Position numbers and translations under genes: made by a program. The notes under the pieces are model-generated. The model was not told where the DNA came from and did not search any database. It worked only from the letters and a program-made list of their open reading frames with translations. Source: Bugula neritina (taxonomy: Eukaryota > Animalia > Bryozoa). From it: DNA of 64,000 nucleotides. The stretch spans positions 12,514,722 through 12,578,721 of the forward strand of contig OZ037766.1 of the NCBI GenBank assembly GCA_964035545.1, written 5' to 3'. Positions 1 through 14,130 of this stretch are shown piece after piece (positions within the stretch are counted from its first letter, which is position 1; each line of letters begins with the position of its first letter).

Positions 1-3000
1 AGTAATATTAATAGCAAATGTAATATTATTAAGTTGATAGTTATACTTGCAAGTTATAGTATAAAGCAAACGAAACAAGTATTAATTTGAACTGCTGGTC
101 TTAAAATAAAAAATAAAATAAATATAAATAATAAATTATAATAATTTAATTATACTAATACTAATAGTAATAGCAATACTTTTACAGTAATATAATTATA
201 ATAAATTTATAGAACCCAAACAACTTTAAATTTAATGAACAACTTTAAATACAAACATAAAGATAATATTAAATAATTATAATCATAATGGTCATAACAA
301 TAAATATGATTCCAATAATTACCAATATATTATATAATATTTAAATTATTTTAATTTATAATTATAATCATAATTTTTATAGTTATAGTAAATAAATCAA
401 ATATGACATAATTACTATAATATAAAGCAGTCAGTCTATCTCTAATGCTGATTGATATTCAGATTGTTATGACTGTATCATTATTCACTAACTCTAAGAG
501 TAAGTGACTACAATTATTAGTATCAATGTTGTGTTAGAGTACTATACCCATTGGAATTTTGATAAATCCATTATATTTACAACTCTGCCTGTTACAGCTA
601 TTAATAAATTGAACCAAAATACCAACAGTGCCTAATCTACGCCTTATTTGTAAAATAATCACTATCATAATGCTCAAGTTAATAGATTGGAAATTATTGA
701 AAATTATATTGATGCCAATATAACTATGACATTGCATGCATCCAAGTAGTGATGTTGTAATATATCTTGGAAGATAATTACATTATAATAAGAGTTAAAT
801 TCCTCTAAGTAACTTTTTTACAATTATTCCTTAGAATAACTATAACTTATACTCCTAATATTTAGTAGCGCATTAGTTTTAGATTGAGCTACTAATTGTA
901 TTTATTGCATGTGAAGGTTAGTTATTCTCCATCAGCTGCATGAATGTGACTGGTAAATTTTGTAACCTTTGGCAGTAATAACTCTATAGCATAAATTAGA
1001 CACATTTTTATAAAAATACATAATTGCTATAGCTGCTAGTAATTCTAATGGGTGAAATAATATTACTTTCACCAGCATTAATTTTTACTTTGTTCATGCT
1101 TCATGAAGCATTTTCTAAATTCTTTTTTAAATAAATTTCTACAATACATATAATGTGCTGAATAGATTACATATGCTGGGGTTCTTCCTTTACTGCAGCT
1201 CAGCCTACACTCCCGCCACAAATATTCCTAAACTACTAGCTCCATCAGCACACAGGTTGATGGAGCTGTATTGATAGAAACTGGAATCATGGAAAATGGC
1301 AAGTATTTTACTCAATAAGAATGCAGTTTTTTACTTCTACAAATTTGATAGCCTACACTATTCTATTTAAATGGAGACTGGTCTGACATAATGTGTCTGC
1401 AATTTATTAGTTATAATATAGTAAATACTATGCGGGCCTATAGATAAAAAGGCTCAAAAAATAATTAAAAAAAAAACATTACGCAATGCTGTACTTATTA
1501 GCAATGTGATACTTAGCAACTAATTTCACATTATTATTGTTTGCAAAGTTTTATATATCTACATATGTTTGTTCAATTCAGTGTTCTGGAATAGAAGGTT
1601 CCAACAGCAGGGAAAAGCCTTGAACAAGATATTATGTTCTACATCTCCAACTCATTTTAACTTTGCTGGTCAGTTCATTGTGTATCTGGAGCATAGTTTT
1701 GTATTTTCAAGTAGTCCATCAGATACCTTTGTAGATAGTTAAGATTACAATGTTTGTGCAATGATGTCCATAATGTTGAACTGATTTATTGAAACTAAAA
1801 CTGTTCTTAATTATAACAAAACTTGACAATCTTTACAAAAGACTAATGTCCTATAATCTATCTTCATTGTAAACAAAATTAGAAACTTCCACATCAGCAA
1901 ATTGTTTATCATCATCTGTAGGTGGAAGACGCTTGCACTCAGTTATAAAGGCAAGCTGAAAGTGGTTTTCTTTGCCTTCTATGAAGATTTGAAAAGAGCC
2001 AGAAAATTAATACTCTATAACTGCAAAACCATGTTGTAGTGTCTTGTGTTATTGATTGAATCATCTAAAAGAAAAATTGTTGTATCATTATAATTTTGCT
2101 GTTAATGAATTAGCAAATCTACTTATCTTGGTAAATATGTTCAAGAACAAATACTATAGTGTAATTCAGTTTTGGTTATGTGTATGCTCCTTAAGTGAAT
2201 TTACAGCAGATGTTAAACTATATATTAGAGACTGATATGGGAATTAAATTTAAGCTAACCATGATGATGTAAATAGCTGTTGTATGTGACTTGGAGAACT
2301 CTGCTGGCCATGTCAGTTCAAATACACCATTATTGAAATTCAGCCTTTTCACAACTATGGCAGCATTCTGACTGCTCCTTAGCTTTCTGCGCCTGAAATT
2401 TCTTCTACTTGTACCATTCTTCTATTGGTGGAATGTTAGTCTATAACAAACAGGTGTACCAAAGCTAAAGAAAAATCTAATTCACTGCACTAGGATATTA
2501 TTCAACTCATTTAAATTTAATATATAGCAGTAAAACAATCACATAATTGTATTTATTTTATCAGCTTTACTTTACAAAGCTGAACCATATGATTTAGTAA
2601 CTTGTCACCATAATAAACATTGTACAACATACAAATTGAAAACCTGATGTGATTGCTTTTTAATAGAATATACATCACAAACATGTTACTTTAATAAGCA
2701 TGTTCATAATAAAAGTATTAAACCAGTTTGAAAAATTTTTTGTTATGTAAGGGATCACAAAACTACATCATTTTAGATTTGTAGCTTAATGTTCCTTAAG
2801 CAACGGGCTGCTATGACTAATTAACTTTCTATCATTGCATTTGATTGTTCTACTCATAGTGTATTGGCGAGTTAAAATTATTGGTAATTTAATGTATATT
2901 TTAGCTACCTCTGTACAATCAATGTCATAGTAATATCTATTGGATTTTAAATTTCACTGAGTTTATAGTAATTCATTGCATAACATTTGGCTAGTTCTCT

Positions 3001-3139
3001 AGTTCATTAAATAACCATACGAACTTTAATTTACAACATGGCAAAACACACAAAGCAAAATTAAAATAAGCATATTATGAACCAATGTAATTGATAAGTG
3101 ATAATGCTGTTGTAAAACATAAATTATCAAATTGAAATA

Positions 3140-6100
3140 GTTATTATTACTATTAGTATTACTATCATTATAACAACTATAATTATTATTAGTATTACTA
3201 TTAGTATTAGCATTAGTAGTAAAAAATGAGTAGAGTTCAACATATACAATCTAGCTTACTATAAAAGTAGAAGTAGAACTTCTAAAACTATCATCTGCAT
3301 CATTATCAGAACTATGAGTAATACTAGTAGTTGTACTGATAGTAATACTATTAATGTTATTTAATTATTGATTATTAATTATTTATTGATACTAATAGTA
3401 ATAGACAATAGTAATAGTATAACTATGAGTATGAGACTTGGGCTGGCAGTGATTATCACTATCAGTATCAGCATCGTCATAGTCAAAAGTTACAAGAATT
3501 AGAAGCCATATTGATATTCATATTGATATTCTCATTGAGTTATGCATAGCCATATTCGTAGTAATAGACATAGTCAATCACTGATTGAGTTAATGTCATA
3601 GTGATACTCATACTCATAATTAATTTATACGATACTCATACTCATAGTCATAGAGTATCATAGTCATAGTGACACTTCACCGTGAATTTCAATTTAATAA
3701 TAATTTTAATTCAATGTTATCATTGTAATTGTTGCTAATAGTAATAGTAATATTATGTCTTACTCTTAGTCTAACAGCAGCTTTATGAAGAAGTTGAACA
3801 TAACTGATAACAAAGCAAATTTAAAAAATAATACTGTAACAATCAATATAATAATAATGTATATCAATATGCTAGCAACCTAATTTTCAGCTCACTTCAT
3901 TAACTTTCCGTGCAGTATTGTGATAGAATAAATTTATTAATGGTGACCTTGACATCTTCGTCCAAACGCCTTTCACGTCAAGCCCCGAACCAATTTGTAA
4001 AAATTTTGGATTTTTTACTTTTGATTATTTTTTACGAAAAGAGCTTCAAAATAAATTTAAAAAAAAGTGAGCTGTTGTCCACATGAAAAGAAATATATGA
4101 GCCAATTTTCTAAATTCAAAAAGTTACCAGAGGGTCACAATATTTTTTTTAAAAAATCTGTATTTTCACGGCAAGCTCTATATGTTAATATAGAAAAATA
4201 GAAGACAACTCTTCTTTCAGATTTTTCATGTGCCATGGTCACGTCAATATCAGTTCTATTAACACATATATTTTAATTCATTTTTTCTGGTATATTGAGT
4301 TGAGATTTTTTTTATATATTTTGTGAATGCAACTAAAAAAGTATGAACTTTTATTTAACAGTAATTGATTTTATCAAAATAACCTGGATGCCTACGATGT
4401 TTAAGGAACATTTTTTTATAACTCTATTCACCAAGAATCATTATTATATTCATAATCTTTTTTGTTTACAGGCACTGTAAGCAGCAACATTTAGTTTTAC
4501 TACAACTCTAAGCCTAAGAGTAAGAGTAAAAGTGAGTTCACGTTGCTGTTGGCGGTACCAAATACAACTTCAACTTCAAGTAGACTTAAAATTTATCATC
4601 GTGATTATTAACATAAACAAATTCAACTAAAAAGTTAAATAAAAAAGATTGAATGAGCATGGCAATCATTGCAAATGCACCAGCTAATGCTAAGCATACA
4701 GTCACACATCAACTTCAAGTGATCATCACCATGATCATGTTCATCAACTCACACTCACGCTGACAGTGCCATACAATCACATTAGACTAATAGTAATACT
4801 AATACTAATAGTAATAGCAATACTAATAGTAATACTGTAATAGTAATACTGTAATAGTAATACTGCAGTAGTCTAATACTAAGTCTAATGCAGTAGAGTA
4901 ATACTACTTGACGATTATCATGATGATCATGACATCATCATGATCACTCGGCACTCAATCATCACTGCCTAACTAGTTTGCACTGAAACCAAATCTTGAC
5001 ATTAACCAAACCAAAATTTAAAAGCCTGCGGCATTTAAATACACCATGGTCATGTTGATTATACCATATCAATTACTATTATTATTATACTTACAATTAA
5101 TGAATTATAGGCTTGTACTTGTAGTTGTAGCAGAGCAATTTGCAACACTATTGTTGCTGTGACCTTGACTGAGAGAAATGTAATATAGATTTGAGCAAAA
5201 GATGAACTTCAACTATATATTTATTTCGGTTATTACCTCTAAAGTTTATGAAGAGCTCATTGTATAAATATAAAGATTGTAAGGCTATTTCTTTTTCCGG
5301 ATATTATCTTAACCACGCCGATATTACTACTTGCATCGCGGCCTAAAAGTAAAACTAATTGTAAACTACTACTACTACTACTACTACTACTTAGTACTAT
5401 TACTAGTAGTACTAGTATCAATCCAATATAATATTAATCTTGTAGTTGAAATTTTAATTTAAACTTTGATTATAATTTATATTATTATTGTGGTTAATAT
5501 TTATATTCATATTGATATTCATATTGATACATTAACTTAAAGTTAAAGTTAATCTTATGACAATGACATTGACTATGAGTATCAGTATGAAATAATTGAA
5601 GACAGGGAACTTGTAAGTGTAACTGTAACCAGTCGAGCGGCTGCCAGAGGAGAGCTTATCTCTATATTATCTAAGAAAAACTTATTCCACACTAGTTTTC
5701 TACCACGAACAATTCGTGAAATGCACGGAGATTATAATAATTAATTACAAAACGGCAAATGCTGTAACTAGTGCTAACCCTGGTCTAATGTAAGTTGTCA
5801 CTAGAGGCTTCCCTATAAACTTTTCAGTTGCTGCGACAGTCCTACCTCAACTAAGGTAATAATATTAATGACAATCACAATAAGCATCAGTATGACTTGA
5901 AGTTATCAGTTAATCACTTAAAGTTATAGTTAATCTTATCCATGTGATTAATCCTTGAAATTGATAGCGATACTTAAAATAGTGATATTTATCATAATCT
6001 TCAATAAGTATAATATTATGTTCATAATTATAATCCTAATGTCAATGATATATTATAATCTATATTATTTATATTATTGCTCACATTGGTTGTCATTATC

Positions 6101-6300
6101 ATTATGAATATGGTATTCAATTTCATATTGATATTGATATTTTAAGAAATTTTATTCATGTTCACTTCAACTTATAGGTATTTATATAAATAATACTGTT
6201 ACTATTAAATAATTATTCTAAAGTAAACAGTAACACTTGAAAATTAAAATAGTTATATTGATAGTATCAATATCACTTTCAATATCAATATGAATATAAA
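3140..6300. repeat. Cryptic-simplicity tracts of degenerate, drifting tri/hexanucleotide periodicity (interrupted); similar tracts at 1-540, 6770-6960, 11560-11920, 36290-36507, 45163-45510, 48210-48300
   Basis: Runs such as gtcata-gtgata-ctcata-ctcata (~3595) and ttaaag-ttaaag-ttaatc-ttatga-caatga-cattga-ctatga-gtatca-gtatga (~5537); no long ORF; boundaries approximate. Confidence 0.7.
5597..5860 (+). mobile_element. Heavily 5'-truncated LINE fragment (ORF2 C-terminus plus 3' UTR)
   Basis: Translates to VTVTSRAAARGELISILSKKNLFHTSFLPRTIREMHGDYNN* (stop 5742-5744), which aligns with the C-terminus of the LINE ORF at 45657-48035 (TMTTRAASRGQLTSIFAKTSVYHNSFLPRTIRDL). Confidence 0.8.
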
Positions 6301-7510
6301 TGTTTTAATTTTCAAGTCAGACTTAGTAAAACTCATTACCAGACCAATTTTTCTTCACACTAATTTTTAACAACCCTGACCTTGTGTTTTACATTTTTAA
6401 TAATAAGTTACGTATATGCATCAGTAGTCCGCAAGTATATTTAAAAGAGAGTTTGCAGTAGATATAAAGCAAGCCAGTTTAGTCTCTCTGTGGTAAAAAT
6501 GCAGTATGGGGCCGCACTGTGATTGCTGTATTTAACCAAATCTGCAAGTCTGTAATTGTCTGTGGTAGAAAACTATTGTAATATTTATTTGTAGTGATTG
6601 GTAGTGAAATTTAATGAGACCTAGTCTGAACTATTGATGCTGTTTGTTTAGCCGTGTTCTCATATGATTTATTGAGTGCTGGGTGGTAGTCCTCCTGTGA
6701 TAAATTCTGGAGTAGCAGGCAAATATGTTTATTTTTGTTCTGGATGATAGTGGCTTTAGTTTAATCTTTAGTCTAATACTTGTAGTGAAAGTTCAGTCAT
6801 TGACTTACTCTTGTTCTATTTCTAATTCTTATTCTACGTATTAGTATGATATTATAATATATAAATATCAACTAAATGTCAACTTGAGCTGCAACATTGA
6901 TACTGCCACTTGCAGACTACAAATGCTATTTACATTTTTACCTTTACTATTAGTTTTGACAATTTGGGGTTAGTAAAATTGGTTGAAAAATCTCTGAAAA
7001 GTACTTTAATGCTATGATAAAGTTTAAGCAAGATAAAATCAATGTCATACAACCTACTACTATGATATTGTTTTATGGTTGAAACACAATATTTTGATAA
7101 CGATGTATCAAAATTTAGATTACCCTTATTAGAGATAATAATAAATTGGTATATCAATAGCCATCACTGCAAAAGTGTGTCAACATTTTAATCTCTAGTC
7201 CCCCAAAATTAAAACTGCAAGTGCCATGCAGCCTGCAGCAGCCTTTTCTCGCCAGAAAGTTTTGTTTTCATCCAATCTTTTGACCTGTAATTATGTAGAA
7301 TTTATCTTTAAAAGACTATAGATTATGTCATAATTTCTTGAAATTTTAGTGTTGAATTTTTAGATTATGTTGCAAAAATTGGCTGAAGTTTTAGGACATC
7401 TATACTCTTTAATATTTCATCTGTGGAGACTGAATTGCATGATTGTAACTATTGGTATAATTATGACTGTGATGTGTTTGATTATGATTTTATGCAGATA
7501 CATATTAATA

Positions 7511-9103
7511 ATGGTAAAGCCTAAAGCAAAGCGTGTAACTGCTAGACAGAAAGTGGAGCGGAATGCCGAGAAACCTGTTGTTCATACTAAAAATGATGAT
7601 GTTGCTACTATAGTATCTACAGCAAAATCAGTAAGTTATAGTTTTGGAAAAAAAAATACACTGTAACAGTTCTTTTCTGTGACCTAAACTGATACTTCAT
7701 GTATTGCAGACTCCGTGGGATGTTCGAAGTAGTGTTTTCAAAAATTTAGAAGTTGGCAGTGCAATCATAAAAGATCGGCTGGAAGACTTTGATGATATAG
7801 ATGCTAAAACAGTCATCACCAGTAAATCCTTTAGAGGTTTAAATATTAGAAAAAAAGACAAAAGAAGAATAAAGCAACATTTGTTCAAACAAAGTAAGTG
7901 TATTTTATTTTATGCTGGAATAATGGTATGATGTGTGTATAATAGGCTTTATATTATATTGTATAATTGTTGAAAGTATCACTTTTCTACAACTTTTAAT
8001 TGGCATTTATATATAAATATTATATCAGCTTGAACTTTTTCCATAAACTTATATGCCATTTTTGAGTTTTTGCTAGTAACTGCTTTTAAAATTGTCTCGA
8101 TATCATTTAACCAATTTAATTGCTTTTGTTTAAAATTTCATAGAAATCAATATGCTAAAAGAAGCTAAGGAGATGTTGAAAGCGAAAAAGAAGCGGGAGA
8201 AAACCGTAGTTACGGGAGATATGAAACCAATGGCGGATAGTTTACCTACAGTTTTACCCAGTGTTGAGCAATATATCATCGATAATTCTACACATAAACA
8301 CAGCAAATTGTAAGTAGGCTATACATTGAAAAGTATATTTTGCATAATGGTAAAACTAATAATTTTAATCTTGACGAAAGCAGGTCCCAATTGTAAGTAG
8401 TATGCTGAGCTTTACATATACCAGAATCACTGGAGGATTTCTTAATCTCTTTTTATCAAAGTTTTCTGTATGCATCTTACTTAGTTTTCATCATGAGGTG
8501 ACTGGCACGCTTTCATGTGAAAATTTGTTGTTTTTTCAACTTTTAAAATAATATGCGAAGGTGTTTGCCTTCTATTATATCCATGTTTTGTTGATGTGTT
8601 ACTATGCAACTACACAATTCAACTGCGTCAAAGACTTGACTTCTTGGTTCAGGGAACCATTCCTTGGTTCAGCTTGTTAAATAAATGTCAATTATGCAGT
8701 TTGAAGGTGAAAATCACTTTTTGACATCTTTCATTGTCAACAGTATTTATACTGTATATATTCATTGTAATATTAAGCATTTTAAATTGATATATGTATT
8801 TTCTATATATAGACAGTCCGATAAAAGAAATACAGCCACTCAGAGATTACGACGGAAACAACAGTAAGTACACAATTCTAATAAAGTAACCTACAGACCT
8901 ACTAGTTTTAGATTTATCAAGAAGAGTGAGCAATTGGGTTTTATAAATAACCATTTAAACTCATTTCTGCTCGTTGTAGGATGAATGACGTCAACATATT
9001 TCATCAAGTATTGCAACATCCTGAATATGTAAAGAGTCCTTCCACAACTATCCAAGAACATCTTCACAATAGATTAATTCTAGAGGCCCAGACAAATGAA
9101 TAA
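7511..9103 (+). CDS. SLX9: Ribosome biogenesis protein SLX9 homolog (FAM207A); exons 7511-7630, 7710-7893, 8144-8309, 8813-8863, 8980-9103
   Basis: Five GT-AG exons join in frame. Motifs KKDKRRIKQHLFKQKI, KREKTVVTGDMKPMADSLP and FHQVLQHPEYVKSPSTTIQEHL match the SLX9/FAM207A family as I recall it. Confidence 0.85.
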
Positions 9104-9363
9104 TGTATATAGCCATTGAAATTTGTGCTTGAACGAAATCAAATGTACAGTTCTCTATTTACTGCCATAGACGCTGATAAGTATTATGAGTTCTTAATGG
9201 CACTGCTAATGGAAATTACTGTTATAAAGTCAGCTGGAAAAAGTACTATTACATGTTAAGAATAATATCCACTTTTTATTTTTTACTACTGAACGCTATT
9301 TACAATAAAGTCAAAAAATTCTTTACATAGACAGTATTAAACATGTATTATGTACATAAGTTA

Positions 9364-11966
9364 CTAAAATCTGCCTGGACCACCAGGTGGTGGTCCACGC
9401 ATACCAGGTGGTGGGCCTCTCATTCCTGGAGGTGGCCCTCTCATTCCAGCTGGCGAACCCATCATTCCACCGCGCATGCCTGGAGGTGGGCCTCTCATTC
9501 CAGGTGGTGGACCTGGCATTCTGGGTCTTGGAGCAGCCTGTGCAGCCAATCCTGCTCGTGCCTATAAAACAACTATTTGTGTCCAAGGCCAGAAATATTA
9601 AGATATTGTTGTGTTGATGACAAGAGAATGGATAATGATGGATTGATGCAAGTATTTGGTCCATCTATTCAATAAAATCACCAGTAACATTGTTTTATAC
9701 TCAACAAAACCAGATAATATATTGCAGGAATTAAGTTCAACTGATCTCAAATAGTTGCAATGTGGCTGTTCCACCATGTAGTAAAGAGGGTACAGGTTAA
9801 GCCAATCCTCTAAAAAATATTGAAACTGCCTTTTGATGGGACTAGTCTATCGAGAACATCCAATATATGTTGACTGCATTTGTCTGTTCCACAACAAATA
9901 CGTCACTAGTTATAGTTTGTCCCAAGAAGCAGTTAGCAAATTCATATTTGACCATAAAAAGTTAATAGTTAACTCTCCAATGATTCTTAGACTATCTTTT
10001 ACAAGCAAATGCAATATACCTGTAATCTTGAAAAGCAAATTTCAAAACTAGTTGCCATACCTGAGGAGCCATACTTTGCTGAGATGGTCCACCAACACCT
10101 CGAACCGGACCTTGCAGTCCAGGAGCAGCGCCACTAGGTCCACCAGGACCTACACCTCGCCCAGCAGCTCTTCCCATACCACCACCTGGTGCACCAGGTA
10201 TAGGAACTCTTGATTGACCTTCTTCAACTGGAGGTGGACCTTCCACAGTCATAGATACAAGGTGTTCACCTAACGGAGCATACCAGAGCCACACAATTAT
10301 GTACCTTGTGATATAGAGCTCAAACAAATGTAGCAGATCAACAGAATTTTTTGAGTCATTTTACACTACCTCTTAGCAACACCAATCCAAGAACTCTTTT
10401 TTCTTCACGTTCTCCCGACTTTTTAGGCTTTATTCTTCGAAACTCATCACAGTCACCCAAAATCAAGTTCATATGTTTATCAAAAGCTTTAAACGTGCCT
10501 ATAAATGTTCTTCCATCTTGCAGCGTACAACGCATCCGATAATTTATATAATTAAGCATTTTTCCTCCCTTAGAAATCTAAAGAATAAATAAAGCGATGA
10601 AAAATAAATTCATGTGAATTAGATTGAGATTCAATTTTACATTGGTTTACTGAATACCAATATTAGTTTACAGAATATAAATTGCTTAGTGGCCAGGACT
10701 ATGAAAAAGTTAAGAACCAATACTGGCGTGAAACACCATTTAAATAGCTGGAAAGTTAAAAGTTAAGTCATCACTACACGAGGGATATTTCCACTATTAT
10801 TTAAGTTCTTATTGATATTCACAATGACTCAAAAAGTTAAGCGATGTTCAAAATTTTTAGGTTTGAGCACCACAGTAGCAGTGCTCAAGAAGTCTTGAGT
10901 TATATTTCCTAGCATATATTTTTAAGAGCTACCAGTTTTTTTAAAAAAACCTTGGACAGAAATACGTGATCGGGTTTACAACCAAAAACTTGCACTCAAA
11001 AGCCTACCTAACACAACACTCAGTTTATTCATATTGACACTGCTTGATACTTTTATGCTTGTAGACCGCTATTTTAAAGCTTCTGATTGAGTCAGCGTTA
11101 TATTAGCTTACAACGTTTTTTGTGCTACTTTGTTGTCATTTAATTTCTTATGTTGAGTTAAGTTTACACAACCTCTTAGATCAAAAATTGAAGAATTTAT
11201 TTATTGAGCTTGTTTAAAGCAGATCTAGTCTGCAAGATTTAACTAACTCATCTATTACAAAGAAGAAAAAATTAGTGAACATTGCCAATGAATGATTAGA
11301 ATGTTCAGGCTTATCTGGGTGACGGACAAGCATCAGCTGCAATATTTTTGAAACTTGATCCAGTATAATAAAAACTTTATATGAAGCATGTATTATTTTC
11401 AACAGCTGACCAGGTGTTAAACTGAATGCATTAATACTAATAGTAATATAATTCCATTTGAGACAAAGTTTTAATATTTCAATGAACATGAATTTTAAAT
11501 GCATCATCAAACAAATTTTGATCATTGATATCCTACAATCAAAGCTACTACAAAAAAAAATACTTCAACCATATTACTATTACTGTATTAGTCATAATTA
11601 AAGAAATACTAAAACGTTTGTAACAATTTTTAGGAATATTCAAGTGGTTGGCTGAGTTTTAAAAATTTGTTTCCATCACAATGATTATTCATTAAATTTA
11701 ATGTTAGTTATACTTATTGTTTGTAACTCTTTACATTTATATTACTATGATTATCAATGTCATTATGATTATTCATTATTGAAATAATAAATATTTATTT
11801 AGTTCTAATTTTATTGCAGACTCAGACTGAGTTACTGTTTCAATTTGGTGCACTATGAACTTGAAGTATCAGTATAAGTATGATCATAATCATGATTTAG
11901 TATCATATCACTATGTAAAATTAGATCAGAGTTTTTTTTAAACCACAACTTCATCCCACTTACCAT
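9364..11966 (-). CDS. SNRPB: Small nuclear ribonucleoprotein SmB/B'; exons 11966-11964 (ATG only), 10577-10370, 10269-10061, 9561-9364
   Basis: Sm fold [41 protein letters not shown]...[27 protein letters not shown]; GRAAGRG motif; C-terminal PPPGMR repeats; ATG|gtaagt first coding exon as in human SNRPB. Confidence 0.97.
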
Positions 11967-13949
11967 TTTGGTTGAGTACAGCAAATTGGCTGTCAGCAGA
12001 TAATAAATTTAAAACAGTTCAACACCACTGTTCTGTTAGTTAAGAGTACCCTCTATCCTCGGCTAAGGAAGATTGAAATCTGTCATGCGCTTTAAAACGA
12101 AAGAAAGTATGGCGGCTAGCGCAATTTAATATTTTTATGAAGTGCAGGTTTCGGTTGTTAATGAATTTCCATTGAAAACCAATGCAGCAATTATTGCCAG
12201 CTCAGACTATTAGAAATTTAGAGAGTTATCATCTTTTTATACTTGAGTCACGAAAGTTACAATTAAAGAAAATAACTCCAAATTTTTGTCGATTTAGATT
12301 TTAGAAGATGTTATTAATGACAAGTGATAACTGATAGGACATAGGAGGATCTCTTGCTCAAATCTAGTCTGAATAGATGGATACTTTATATTAAAACCAT
12401 GTCTGTTTTTTTGTTCATTTTTCTGCAGACGTGCACATGCGCATACATATTATGTACATTATGTGCTGTATAATATACATAAACGATACATATATAATAC
12501 ACATGTATATTGTACATATATAATACACATATATAATTGTGTGTGTGTGTGTAACTTTTAAAAAATGTTGGTAATTGATAAGGAGAAAAAATATTATTAT
12601 CATAGTATTTACAGATTCTAAGCATTTCCTTACGCAATCTTAATTTTAATTTGTTTCAATATGCTTGTGCTCAATATGAAATAAAAGTATGTTTTATAGT
12701 GGTGTACCATTATTTGGTCTTAAAAATATTTGCATATATAGTAAATTTCGTGAATTGCATTAATTAATTGGCTTATTTTACTTCAAATTTTAGTGTTATG
12801 TTTTCAATTGCAAATATAAAAAAATTATTAGCGATAATTTTATGTTACATGCATAATTGTAAGGGCACCAAATCAGTTAAAAACTTTAATTTGATCTCTC
12901 CCTTGAATATCTAAAGCAAGAAATGATAATTCGATACCTTTTATTTGGATATTGTACATACTACATAGTTACTCTCTTTTTATAATATCACAACATTGGC
13001 TCTGTGGCTTGAGTTCACATCTGGGCAGGTTTTGCTGCTTAAAGTACTGAATTGAATCATGATAGGCTTTAATGTTAGTTAGTATATATGTGAGGAATGA
13101 ACCAACATTCAGATAGGCCTGCCTCTGCTTCAAATATTCTCCTACCCCAAATATATGTTATAAGTTATACTCATCTAATATATTAGCTTGCATGTGCATA
13201 ACGTTATACACTTTTCATTTCTTCTTATTAGACTTTAGACTTTAGAGTAACCTACTATTACATGTGCAATAATTTTGTTACAACCTCAGTCATCTTTCAT
13301 TATTCTATAACATAAATTTAATGCCAGTTCCACATGATGTGCAATTTAGAATCCAACAGAACCTTCTAGAATCTAGATTATTGCATCAAGTTTGTATAAA
13401 ATAAGATGCTTTATGCAACTCAGCTCAATAAGAAGTCTTTATACCACAAATCTCTATAATAAAAGACCATGCAGACAACACATATTTTCAGATTAAAGTT
13501 AAATTTCTAAAAGAGATGTTATAACTACTCCAATTTTGTGACAAACGTCTCTATTAAAACTCTAAATATAAAACTATGCAATTATAAATAGACAAAGTAA
13601 ATAAAAATTTGCCTGCCAGGAATTGTTTCCTTTAAAGAGAATCAGATATTGACATAGATTTTCAGCCTAACCATCAACTTATAAAAATATGACGACTGCA
13701 TGATGTTGTAGAATAATTTTTTGTTTGAGCAAATTTAAAAAAATAAAATACTTATGCATAAACCGATTTTAAATAAATTTGGCACCAATTTGATGTTCAA
13801 GTTTTAAATTCAGCAAGTATACGAATTTTGTAGCTATACTATTTTTAATATAAAAGTTGCTTGCTATAAAATAAAAATTGTACTTTTAGCTCTTACTAGC
13901 AGCTAAAATAACACACGCAAGTTTATATTCACTATCCTTGTGAGAAACA

Positions 13950-14130
13950 TGTGAGGAAAAGGGTTTTTAAGGGGGCTAAGGACTTATTCATATGGGGCAC
14001 AGGAGCAATTTTGACTGAATGCTCTTCCTAACATCAACAATGGCCTTTACTGAGGCTCAAAAACATGACTTCATGTTTACTAAGCGATACAAATGCTCTA
14101 ACGGTCTAACCTCTAGACCGCGGCTACTCC
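13950..14130 (-). mobile_element. Degenerate tRNA-derived SINE-like repeat (copy 1)
   Basis: Shares gctaaggacttatt...ggcaca...aatgctcttcct..cac/t..caatggcctttactg with 63050-63195; the minus strand has A-box-like (ggtctagaggttag) and degenerate B-box sequences. Confidence 0.55.

Noticed and set aside
1238-1267. 12-bp hairpin as a possible Helitron 3' end
   Set aside because: Spacing to CTRR is wrong and no 5' TC end or Rep/Hel remnant was found
1600-2450. Coding-like minus-strand stretch (QIFIEGKENHFQLAFITECKRLPPTDDDKQFADVEV...)
   Set aside because: Multiple stops and frameshifts and no family I can recognise; may be a decayed gene but is unsupported
11214-11525. 103-aa ORF with RHPDK in SNRPB intron 1 (J-domain, or SNRPB poison exon)
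   Set aside because: No J-domain helix pattern around HPD and no convincing donor/acceptor pair. SNRPB poison exons are known in vertebrates but cannot be supported here without RNA data
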